From: an uncultured Bacilli bacterium
GTDB lineage: Bacteria > Bacillota_I > Bacilli_A > RF39 > UBA660
NCBI GenBank assembly: GCA_934098515.1
Contig: CAKOOK010000001.1
Span: 89,076 to 153,075 of the forward strand
Direction of reading: 5' to 3'
Length of the DNA: 64,000 bases
Position numbers and translations under genes: made by a program. How positions within the stretch are numbered: the first letter of the stretch is position 1; the number at the start of each line of letters is the position of its first letter. Under the pieces are notes generated by a model. The model saw nothing but the letters and a program-made list of their open reading frames with translations, was not told the DNA's origin and ran no database searches. Positions 1 through 7,600 of this stretch are shown piece by piece.

Positions 1-81
1 ATATTTATCACTAATCATAAATTCGTTTACATCAAATTTCATTCCTTTAGGAGCAATCTCACTTTTAAATGTATTAGACAT
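1..81 (-). CDS. VirB4/TrsE-like T4SS ATPase, 5' end only (gene runs off the left edge)
   Basis: The ATG at 81-79 opens MSNTFKSEIAPKGMKFDVNEFMISDKY. It is too short to appear in the ORF track. The IAP..i.F....i.dKY segment normally follows the N-terminal domain in Firmicute VirB4 proteins. It overlaps the upstream ORF stop by 8 nt. Confidence 0.4.
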   Translation of the reverse strand, partial: MSNTFKSEIAPKGMKFDVNEFMISDKY

Positions 82-631
82 TACTCATCACCGTCCCATA
101 CTCATTTTTTGTTCCTCCATTAAGGAAGTTTTGTAACAAGAACTTTAAGTCATCGTCACTTGCTTGTCTTGAATTTAAGCCGCAGCTTGCTAAATTAGCA
201 ATCATTGTTTGAACTCTCTTTTGTACTACATCTAACTTTTTATCTCTAAATAAGAAGAAGTATTCTGTATCAACCGCATTAACACTACTTCCACCGAACA
301 TTTCAGCTTTTTGAATATCTTGATTAATTAATTTTCTTACAGTTTGATTTTGAGCATTGTCATATTGAAGTTGTAGTTGTGATAAGTATAGTTTGATATC
401 TACTGGTCTATCGGCAACTACTAGCCAGAATTCATAATCAATTGTGTTATAAAAGTTTCTTAAATTAAAGATAATGTTATTTTGTGTTTGATAATCTAAT
501 ATGAAGATATTTTTAGGTTCAACTTTTATACCGGTTACATAGTAATTATTATTTAGGATAATCATTCCATTTTGAATTGCCTTAACTGGTACCCAATCTT
601 CTGAGTACTTACTTGTCATCTGTTTTGCCAT
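74..631 (-). CDS. VirB4/TrsE-family N-terminal domain protein, encoded as a separate 185-aa ORF
   Basis: WVPVKAIQNGMIILNNNYYVTGIKVEPKNIFIL resembles the conserved N-terminus of Gram-positive conjugative VirB4 ATPases (Tn916 Orf16 / PrgJ type). The ORF stops before any NTPase motif. Confidence 0.5.
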   Translation of the reverse strand: MAKQMTSKYSEDWVPVKAIQNGMIILNNNYYVTGIKVEPKNIFILDYQTQNNIIFNLRNFYNTIDYEFWLVVADRPVDIKLYLSQLQLQYDNAQNQTVRKLINQDIQKAEMFGGSSVNAVDTEYFFLFRDKKLDVVQKRVQTMIANLASCGLNSRQASDDDLKFLLQNFLNGGTKNEYGTVMSNV

Positions 632-932
632 AGCTATTACACCAACCTTTCCAATAATAAACTCGATTATTTGTATAGTATGTATATACGTTTTTAATGA
701 ATGTTCTTACATTGTGCTGATTAGGTAGAGGAACTATTAAGAACGTGCATACAAAAGCTGGAGTTAATATTAAGAGTGCTGTTTTTATGTCATTAGTTTG
801 AATTGATAACATAAGAACGAAGCTTACTATAATTCCAGTTGCAAATATCACCAGGTCTGTTGTATTAAATAGTCCCAATATCAGCATGGATTTTTTTGAG
901 TTAGCTGGTATCAAGTAATTATTGTTTCCCAC
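609..932 (-). CDS. Small two-TM membrane protein, VirB3/PrgI/TcpE-like by size, topology and position
   Basis: 107 aa with two hydrophobic helices. It sits immediately upstream of, and overlaps, the VirB4-like ORF. Confidence 0.45.
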   Translation of the reverse strand: MGNNNYLIPANSKKSMLILGLFNTTDLVIFATGIIVSFVLMLSIQTNDIKTALLILTPAFVCTFLIVPLPNQHNVRTFIKNVYTYYTNNRVYYWKGWCNSYGKTDDK

Positions 933-948
933 TTTTTATTCCTCCTTT

Positions 949-1395
949 TTAAATGTGCTTCCCAAGATGAAGTTCTAATCTTTTTTTTACTTCTTGAGCT
1001 ACCATATAATTTGCATAATAATTAACTAAAGTTAACTGTTTCCCATTTTCCGGTATCATAAGGCCTAATCTTTTTGCATCTTCTCTTTTTTTTAGAAGCT
1101 GCTTATCTATTTCTTTTCTTATTAATGATGACATACTTTCTGGTATCTCAGTGAGTACTTTGATTTTTTTTATTAAAAAGTATTTTTTTATTTCAGATAT
1201 ACTTTTATTTTTTAGTGGTCCTTCAAGTTTACCACTTTGATAATCAACTAATGCTGAATTCATTGCAGCTTCAATTGACTTTAAAATTTCTTCATCACCT
1301 AGCTGCCAGTAGTACTCACTTAACTCAATGTACTTTTTACAAAATTGTAAATCACTTTCTCTTTGTGGTCCATTTATAAAATTATCTATATTCAT
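949..1395 (-). CDS. Hypothetical cytoplasmic helical protein
   Basis: 148-aa ORF with no TM segment. Its start is coupled to the stop of the VirB6-like gene (shared nt 1395). Confidence 0.5.
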   Translation of the reverse strand: MNIDNFINGPQRESDLQFCKKYIELSEYYWQLGDEEILKSIEAAMNSALVDYQSGKLEGPLKNKSISEIKKYFLIKKIKVLTEIPESMSSLIRKEIDKQLLKKREDAKRLGLMIPENGKQLTLVNYYANYMVAQEVKKRLELHLGKHI

Positions 1396-3503
1396 TATTT
1401 CTTATCCTTTTGTTTTTCTACAGTGTTTGCAAAACTATTTGCTTTAACTTGATCGCCAACAGCGAATGAAATTTTTCTTAGTTTTTCCATATCTTCTGGC
1501 TGTAAACCATTTGGACCTACTTTGCCTGCTTTATCAAATAACTTGCTTAATTCTTCAATACTATGAACGCCATTCTTTTCAAGGATACCGGTTATTACAT
1601 CTTTGCCTAATACATTCATTGATTTTTCCATTTGTTTACAAATTGTTTCACCTTGCTGTTTTATGGCATCACTATATATTTCTTTATTAAATTTTTCTCT
1701 AAGAGATTCTCTTTGTAATTCTTCAAATTTACTTTTAATTATTTCTGGGTTTAAATCTGAGACTGGTATATCGGTTCCAGCATCATAGTGTCTTGTATTT
1801 CCATTTGCATCTGTAAAGTCATAGGCTGTTCTGAATTTAACTTTTTTACCATTTTGATAATCCTTAAGTGCACCATTTTTGGCATCCTCAATTGATTTAT
1901 CTATAAAAGCGTTAAATAATGTATCAAATCCAGCCTGCAAATTCTTAGCAGCTGTTAGCTTTTCATTTGATGCTCCACCAACATTTACAAATCCATCTAT
2001 TTGTGTTGCTTTCTTTGTAGCCCAATCGCCAATTAATTTATCAACAGGTTCTTGATTAGGTCCGAATAGTTTATCAGCTTTATCAATGGCATTTCTTCCA
2101 TGATTTTTGACTGCATTAATGTCTGTTTCATTTTGAACTCTTGCGGTTGTAATAGCATCTTGTACTTGGCTCCAATCTGATACATTTCCATTCTGCCATC
2201 CTCTACGTCCAGCATTTAATGCACTAGGTATAGTTCCTGGAATATCTCTTATTGTTCCTATTGCAGCCCTTCCGACACCACGTAATACATGTCTTTTCCC
2301 ATTCTCGTCTTTTTTAAAACCTTCAACTATAGCTTTGCCGTTATTCCAAATTGGTTTTGCAATTACTCCAGCAGCAGCTCCGCCAAGAGAAGCAGCTCTT
2401 TTTGCATATTCATTATCGTTTAGTTTATCTTTAATTCTCATAGCTGGTATTTTAACATTGAAGATATCTTCAATAAGTTTTGGTGCGTCTTTTGCAAATT
2501 TTAAGATTCCTAAGATTACTACTACTGTAGCTATAACATTAATAAGGAAATTGCCATCTGTTGCAAATATGTTTACATCTGAAACGAATGAGATTAGAAG
2601 CATTGCAAAATTTATTATTATTATTCTTTCAAAAACTTGAAGATATGTCTTAGTAAATTCACTGAACCATTTATCGAAAGGACCACCTTTAGGTTTGGTT
2701 ATTCTTAAAAATATTGGAATTGGTGCGATTAATTTTAATGCGCCTAATTTGGCAGCTCTAACTCCTAAGTCTAGTGAAAATGATAAGAATAAGTATGCTG
2801 CTACTACTCCGGCTATTGTACTTAATGGAAATAGGTATTCCATATTATCTTCTGCTATACCATTTTTTAAATCACTATCTTGCATAAAATTATGAAGGTC
2901 AACTATACTGTTTTTAGATTTATCTGCTAATTCTTTATATCTTGGACATAATTTGGCGGAAGATGTTTCACATTCTGTTAAAGTTACCGCTTCTCCGTTT
3001 TCATTAAGTGGGTGGTAAAACGCGGTAAAAATTGTTGTTGAAACATTTAAAGCGCCTTTCCCGTTACCGTTTTCTCCAGTGTCCGACACAGTTGAACCCA
3101 TAATTAAATTACTAATTGTATTGTTTTCAACTATATGATTTTGAAAAGTTTGCATGTATTCACATATTAATGGAAATAGTGTAATTAGGACAACTGATAT
3201 TACAGTATTTTTAACTATATTTTGGACTGATTTATCTCCTTTGTTAATTGAATCTGGATCAACAATTCCCAAAATAATATTATACGCAAAAACAAATAGC
3301 ATTACTATGCCAATTATTGTATATATTCTTCTAGATATAATACCGACATTTTCTGTTGTAAATACTTCTACTTTACTAACTACTTCAAATAATTGGTAAC
3401 ATAAATTGATTGCTAAATAAATTACGTAGTCAATTGTAAGAAGAATTCCGTAAAAAGCATTTATTAGCCAACTACCGACTATACCTCCTGTAAGTGTTCC
3501 CAT
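1395..3503 (-). CDS. VirB6/TrbL-like polytopic membrane protein with a long soluble C-terminal region
   Basis: 702 aa. The N-terminal ~380 aa contain multiple TM helices and the C-terminal ~320 aa are hydrophilic. Position relative to VirB3/VirB4-like genes is typical of Gram-positive T4SS channel proteins. Confidence 0.5.
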   Translation of the reverse strand: MGTLTGGIVGSWLINAFYGILLTIDYVIYLAINLCYQLFEVVSKVEVFTTENVGIISRRIYTIIGIVMLFVFAYNIILGIVDPDSINKGDKSVQNIVKNTVISVVLITLFPLICEYMQTFQNHIVENNTISNLIMGSTVSDTGENGNGKGALNVSTTIFTAFYHPLNENGEAVTLTECETSSAKLCPRYKELADKSKNSIVDLHNFMQDSDLKNGIAEDNMEYLFPLSTIAGVVAAYLFLSFSLDLGVRAAKLGALKLIAPIPIFLRITKPKGGPFDKWFSEFTKTYLQVFERIIIINFAMLLISFVSDVNIFATDGNFLINVIATVVVILGILKFAKDAPKLIEDIFNVKIPAMRIKDKLNDNEYAKRAASLGGAAAGVIAKPIWNNGKAIVEGFKKDENGKRHVLRGVGRAAIGTIRDIPGTIPSALNAGRRGWQNGNVSDWSQVQDAITTARVQNETDINAVKNHGRNAIDKADKLFGPNQEPVDKLIGDWATKKATQIDGFVNVGGASNEKLTAAKNLQAGFDTLFNAFIDKSIEDAKNGALKDYQNGKKVKFRTAYDFTDANGNTRHYDAGTDIPVSDLNPEIIKSKFEELQRESLREKFNKEIYSDAIKQQGETICKQMEKSMNVLGKDVITGILEKNGVHSIEELSKLFDKAGKVGPNGLQPEDMEKLRKISFAVGDQVKANSFANTVEKQKDKK

Positions 3504-3513
3504 TTTTGTCCTC

Positions 3514-3861
3514 CTACTCTATGCATGTTGTGTATGTATCATTAATGAAACTTAATAAAAGGTTTAATATTATTGGCAAAAAGAATAACACAACAACTAA
3601 AATTAATCTTGTAACAAGTTTTTTATTAACTTTTTTATATTCTTCTGGATCTTTGTTTACTAGTGCTGATATATAGTCATAAGTTGAGTATGCAATTACT
3701 AAAATTGGGCCTAAAATTTTCATGTATTTGAAAATATTTGATAAATCTTCCATTGTTGATTCGCCCAAAATTCCTTCACAAGTTTCTTCTGTTAACGCGT
3801 AAACATTATTATTTATAGTTAAAATTAAACCTAGTATTATAAGCCAAGCCTTTTTTTTCAT
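3514..3861 (-). CDS. VirB2/TrbC-like pilin-type small protein, paralogue 1
   Basis: Start moved to ATG 3861 (GAGG upstream). Signal peptide MKKKAWLIILGLILTINNNVYA is followed by two Pro-containing TM helices split by a Lys/Glu loop. One Cys lies near the mature N-terminus (TCEG) and one near the C-terminus (TTCIE). Confidence 0.5.
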   Translation of the reverse strand: MKKKAWLIILGLILTINNNVYALTEETCEGILGESTMEDLSNIFKYMKILGPILVIAYSTYDYISALVNKDPEEYKKVNKKLVTRLILVVVLFFLPIILNLLLSFINDTYTTCIE

Positions 3862-3927
3862 ATTAATCAAACCTCTATATACAATATAATTTTAATATAA
3901 AATCATGCATATTGCAAGGAAAATACT

Positions 3928-4830
3928 TTAATTATTTTTATATGCATTTTCATTTTGATTTTTGGGTTCGTAAATATCAGTTATTTGAATAAATAGTGCT
4001 TGTCGTCCCATTGAGTCATAGCTTTTATTGAATTTTTTTCTTGAAACTTTGATTTCTTTTTCGTCTTTTAATGGGTCATTTATGTAATAATTGTCTTTAT
4101 CCATACCAATTACTACAACAACATGAGCATTTTTTGGATATGTGTAGGTTTTAGATTTATCATAACTGAACCATTCATAAACATCTTTAGCTTCGGTGTA
4201 ATCGGCTGTTGTCCACACTAGAACAGGATAACCACTTTGAACATATTCTTCTAATGGCCTTTTATCATTTGAGGTAAAAACGTGACCGGCAGTATCTTCT
4301 GGAAGCATTTCTTTAAATATGGAATATATAGAATTTTTTATAACTGGTAAGAATGTCCCCCAGCCTCTTTTGGGTTCACTTGGGTCTCCAGCATAATATT
4401 CACTAGGGTCTGGCCCGTAACGAACACCATTTTTTTCATAAACGTCTTCTTTTGGAAGAAATGTGTCAACATATTTCTTCATATCAATATCAATGCCAGC
4501 ATAATTAAGTAACATTGTTGCACTAGCTACTTCACATCCATTTGGATAATCTGGATTTTGCTTTACTAGTGGAAAGTTTTTAGTAATATAGCTATATCGT
4601 AAGTTACTATAGTATTTATCTAATAAGTCTTCATACTCATATATACTATAATTATTTCCTCCTTTTGAGAGTATTAGTTGGTTTGTAAAGTAGTCATCTT
4701 TTAATGATGGAATTATTGCATGCTTTAATTTTTCTTTTTCACTAGTAAAAAGTTTATACCATATAAAATTGCTTGATAGGATTGTTATTATTAATAAGGT
4801 TATTATAGTAAATTTGTATTCTTTTTTCAT
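3928..4830 (-). CDS. C39-like (YvpB-type) papain-fold cysteine peptidase, membrane anchored
   Basis: N-terminal TM segment. Cys motif QNPDYPNGCEVASATMLLNYAG and His motif NAHVVVVIGMD..YYINDP. The start is ambiguous (GTG 4839 or ATG 4830). Confidence 0.65.
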   Translation of the reverse strand: MKKEYKFTIITLLIITILSSNFIWYKLFTSEKEKLKHAIIPSLKDDYFTNQLILSKGGNNYSIYEYEDLLDKYYSNLRYSYITKNFPLVKQNPDYPNGCEVASATMLLNYAGIDIDMKKYVDTFLPKEDVYEKNGVRYGPDPSEYYAGDPSEPKRGWGTFLPVIKNSIYSIFKEMLPEDTAGHVFTSNDKRPLEEYVQSGYPVLVWTTADYTEAKDVYEWFSYDKSKTYTYPKNAHVVVVIGMDKDNYYINDPLKDEKEIKVSRKKFNKSYDSMGRQALFIQITDIYEPKNQNENAYKNN

Positions 4831-4911
4831 ATATATCACGATTTAATTATAACAAATGGTTATAGTAAATGTTTTTTTATAGTTAATATTTTACATTTTA
4901 TTAGTTATTTT

Positions 4912-4940
4912 TACAAAAAAAATCTCAGTAATCTGAGATT
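4912..4940 (-). terminator. Strong rho-independent terminator after VirB2-like paralogue 2
   Basis: Minus strand AAUCUCAG-AUUA-CUGAGAUU followed by UUUUUUGU. Confidence 0.8.
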
Positions 4941-4945
4941 CTCAA

Positions 4946-5272
4946 TTAGTCACAATTCCAAGGACTTAAAATGCAGTCTTGACATTTTTTGAAGTTATCA
5001 ACTGGCATATCTTTGTATCCATTGATAGTTCCAAATAGCCACATTACTACTGTTGGTACGAAGAAAATTAGTACGCCAGCAATTGCACGATACATTAAAC
5101 GCTTACTAGCAACTTTAATATCATCATCTTTACTTCCAACTACTGCTTTTCCTAAATCGAACATACCATATCCAATAATTAATAATGGAATAGCTATTTT
5201 AAATACTGTTAGGATCCAACCAATAAATCCTAATACGTCTGACGCTTGATCACAAAATCCGGTAACGTTCAT
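4946..5272 (-). CDS. VirB2/TrbC-like pilin-type small protein, paralogue 2
   Basis: 108 aa with two TM helices (..KIAIPLLIIGYG.. and ..LIFFVPTVVMW..) and a charged loop. Cys at position 7 and a C-terminal KKCQDCILSPWNCD. A strong terminator follows. Confidence 0.5.
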   Translation of the reverse strand: MNVTGFCDQASDVLGFIGWILTVFKIAIPLLIIGYGMFDLGKAVVGSKDDDIKVASKRLMYRAIAGVLIFFVPTVVMWLFGTINGYKDMPVDNFKKCQDCILSPWNCD

Positions 5273-5331
5273 AATTCACATCTCCCTTACATAATTAAAT
5301 TTTATCTAAATTTTTAGTTATTGTCAACAAA

Positions 5332-6396
5332 TTATTTGAAAAGGCCGAAAAAACTTGTACTTCCTTGTTTTCCAAACCCTAGTTTTAGTAATAATTTGTC
5401 AACTACTAATAGTCTGTCTGCTCGGTCGTTTATTACCGGCATATTATAATAAACTTTAAATTTTGTTTCATATTCAAAGTTTGATAATTCTTCATCCTTA
5501 ATTGCACTTTGATTAAGTATTATTTTTCCATCTGTAATTTTTTCTCTAATGTTAATGTCTTTTTTGAGTGCTTTATTGAGGCTTATTGTTCCTGGATTTA
5601 CTAAATATAAAATATCATGACAAAGTTTTTTTTCTGATAAACCATTTAGGTCAATGAGGATAATTTCAGTGTCTTTTAATGTGTTTATTTTATATTTTAA
5701 ATCTTCAACTGATGTACAAAATGATATGTCACTATCTTTTAGATAAATTGAGTCTTGTTTAAACATTTCGAATGCTTTAACTTTATAGTTGATTCTTAAT
5801 TGTTTAAGCATCATGTACATTAGTGTTGTTGCTCCTGCATGCTCAGTTATATTTTGAATACCAATGATTCTTGCATTTGTTTTAATAGATTCTTCTTCTT
5901 TAACATATCCTGGATTGTAGTCTTCGTTGGAATATGTATTACTTTGATATACTTGATTTCCAAAGGTATTTGGACCAGTTTTATTTATTTCAATACTCTC
6001 ACTTTGATTCAAACTATTTATATATTTAGTTACATCATTTAATGTGTTTGGGTTTGAAAGTAAATAGTTTATGCCAGCAGCATTTCTTGTAAAGTTGTAG
6101 TAGCCGTTTTGAACTAATAATGATAGATAACTACTACTGTTTACGAGCTCACTATTATTAAGTAGAAGTACTGTTTTGTTTGGGCCAAAGAAACTTAGGA
6201 ATCTAAGGACTTCTTTAATATCAAAGAAGTTTTTGATGGCGGTTATATCTATTACAGCTTTACTATATAATAGATTACCTAGTTCTAGTTCGATTGTTTC
6301 TCTAGTAAACTCACCGGTTAAGGTTTTTATTGAGTTTATGTTAACATTATCAATAACTTTACTATTTTGATTTTTAATTATTATGTTTATATTCAT
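5332..6396 (-). CDS. ParA/MinD-fold protein with a degenerate Walker A and an N-terminal receiver-like region (TadZ/CpaE-like architecture)
   Basis: RIIGIQNITEHAGATTLMYMMLKQL aligns to the deviant Walker A (G.KGGvGKTT) but lacks the lysines. IILIDLNG looks like a Walker B. The N-terminal ~130 aa have an alternating beta/alpha pattern. Confidence 0.4.
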   Translation of the reverse strand: MNINIIIKNQNSKVIDNVNINSIKTLTGEFTRETIELELGNLLYSKAVIDITAIKNFFDIKEVLRFLSFFGPNKTVLLLNNSELVNSSSYLSLLVQNGYYNFTRNAAGINYLLSNPNTLNDVTKYINSLNQSESIEINKTGPNTFGNQVYQSNTYSNEDYNPGYVKEEESIKTNARIIGIQNITEHAGATTLMYMMLKQLRINYKVKAFEMFKQDSIYLKDSDISFCTSVEDLKYKINTLKDTEIILIDLNGLSEKKLCHDILYLVNPGTISLNKALKKDINIREKITDGKIILNQSAIKDEELSNFEYETKFKVYYNMPVINDRADRLLVVDKLLLKLGFGKQGSTSFFGLFK

Positions 6397-6407
6397 AGAA
6401 TCACCAT

Positions 6408-6872
6408 TTAGAAGACATCATTTTTAGGAAAATAGATTGGTTTTGTTTCACCAGTTACTGGGAATGTAAATATCTCTCCCATGATTGGTAAATCAACTTT
6501 AAAAAAGACAGTTACTTTGTAGTAAGTCTTTTTAATATTTCCACTAGTATCTTCTGTTCTTGCAATGCAGTATTTAAATTTTCTTGAGTTTGTGTTGCTT
6601 GCTTCGAATCCATGTGCACTTTCATTGGATTGTGATGCTACATAGTCAGGGCAACTGCTATATACTAAGTAACCTACATTATTTAAATAGTCTGATATTT
6701 CATCGACTGTTGCATCGCTTATCCCTTCTCTTTTTTCGATGATATTAACGATACCATTTTTTACTTTGAAGGCTTTAGAGTAGTTTACAGATATAGCTAG
6801 AAAGCTTGTAAAAAGTACTATAAAGACAATAACGATAGAAAAAATCCAAGTTCCACCTATCGCTTCTCTCAT
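6408..6872 (-). CDS. N-terminally anchored secreted protein, possibly TadE/pseudopilin-like
   Basis: MREAIGGTWIFSIVIVFIVLFTSFLAI is a short polar leader, then Gly-Gly, then a ~22-aa hydrophobic segment. No Glu at +5, so the assignment is weak. Confidence 0.35.
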   Translation of the reverse strand: MREAIGGTWIFSIVIVFIVLFTSFLAISVNYSKAFKVKNGIVNIIEKREGISDATVDEISDYLNNVGYLVYSSCPDYVASQSNESAHGFEASNTNSRKFKYCIARTEDTSGNIKKTYYKVTVFFKVDLPIMGEIFTFPVTGETKPIYFPKNDVF

Positions 6873-6882
6873 ATTTTACCTA

Positions 6883-7128
6883 CTAATTAGTTGCTTCACT
6901 ATTTGGACATTTAACATCTACTGTAGTTGTACATGCATCGTCTTCACAATAATAGCAATCACATATTTCAGTAGTACAGTTTGGACAAGTGGCTGCTGAG
7001 CAATGAAGTTTAGATAAAATATTTGATTTCATTGATGGCCAGATAAGTGTAGTAAATACTACTCCTATTGCAGCGATAGCTACTACTGCTACTGCAGTCA
7101 TACTTAATTCACCTGAAGCTTCTTTCAT
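6883..7128 (-). CDS. Small Cys-rich pilin-like protein (Flp-like N-terminus?)
   Basis: 81 aa with a strong RBS (AGGAGGAATAAATAATG). MKEASGELSMTAVAVVAIAAIGVVF is followed by a tail with 9 Cys (CSAATCPNCTTEICDCYYCEDDAC..KC). Confidence 0.35.
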   Translation of the reverse strand: MKEASGELSMTAVAVVAIAAIGVVFTTLIWPSMKSNILSKLHCSAATCPNCTTEICDCYYCEDDACTTTVDVKCPNSEATN

Positions 7129-7159
7129 TATTTATTCCTCCTTATCTTAAGTTAATTAT

Positions 7160-7190
7160 ATAATAAAAAGAATTGTAAATCAATTCTTTT
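7160..7190 (-). terminator. Rho-independent terminator after VirB2-like paralogue 3
   Basis: Minus strand AAGAAUUG-AUUUA-CAAUUCUU followed by UUUAUUAU. Confidence 0.7.
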
Positions 7191-7600
7191 TAGCAATTGT
7201 TTGGATGGAATAGACACTCTGTACATGTTTCATATTCGCCTTGATAATCAGTCCAATCTTTTACAGTTGATAATGTAATATCAATAATTGTTGGTAAGAG
7301 CATAATTATTATACCAACAAGAATTCTTTTACCTAGTGTTTGAACACATTTTTTTAGTTCATCTTCTTTTCCTGCTTTAACTCCGTTATAGAAGATAAAG
7401 ACTCCTTGACCTATAATTATTAGTGGTACAAATAGTTTGATGAACATGATTATATATCCAACAAATCTCATTACGTTTTGGATTTCTTCTCTTGAACACA
7501 TGTTTTCTCCTACTGCTTCAGCGTGAACAGTTATGGGTAAGATTAAAAAAAGTAATAGTAAATATTTATAGTATTTTTTATTCGTAGTCATATCCATCAT
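7190..7600 (-). CDS. VirB2/TrbC-like pilin-type small protein, paralogue 3
   Basis: Signal peptide ending VHAEA, two Pro-containing TM helices and a KEDELKK loop. Cys near the mature N-terminus (NMCS) and a C-terminal CTECLFHPNNC. A terminator follows. Confidence 0.5.
   Translation of the reverse strand: MMDMTTNKKYYKYLLLLFLILPITVHAEAVGENMCSREEIQNVMRFVGYIIMFIKLFVPLIIIGQGVFIFYNGVKAGKEDELKKCVQTLGKRILVGIIIMLLPTIIDITLSTVKDWTDYQGEYETCTECLFHPNNC

Noticed and set aside
1466-3399. Multiple 60-100-aa plus-strand ORFs opposite the VirB6-like gene
   Set aside because: These are shadow ORFs in an AT-rich gene. None has an RBS or motif.
3845-3861. Poly-A tracts right after start codons of secreted proteins (ATGAAAAAAAAGG at 3861; similar at 9398, 4830 and 12723) as possible slipped-strand phase-variation switches
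   Set aside because: The tracts are at most 8 nt. They simply encode the Lys-rich n-region of signal peptides, as in most AT-rich Firmicutes. Without population or strain length variation there is no evidence for phase variation.
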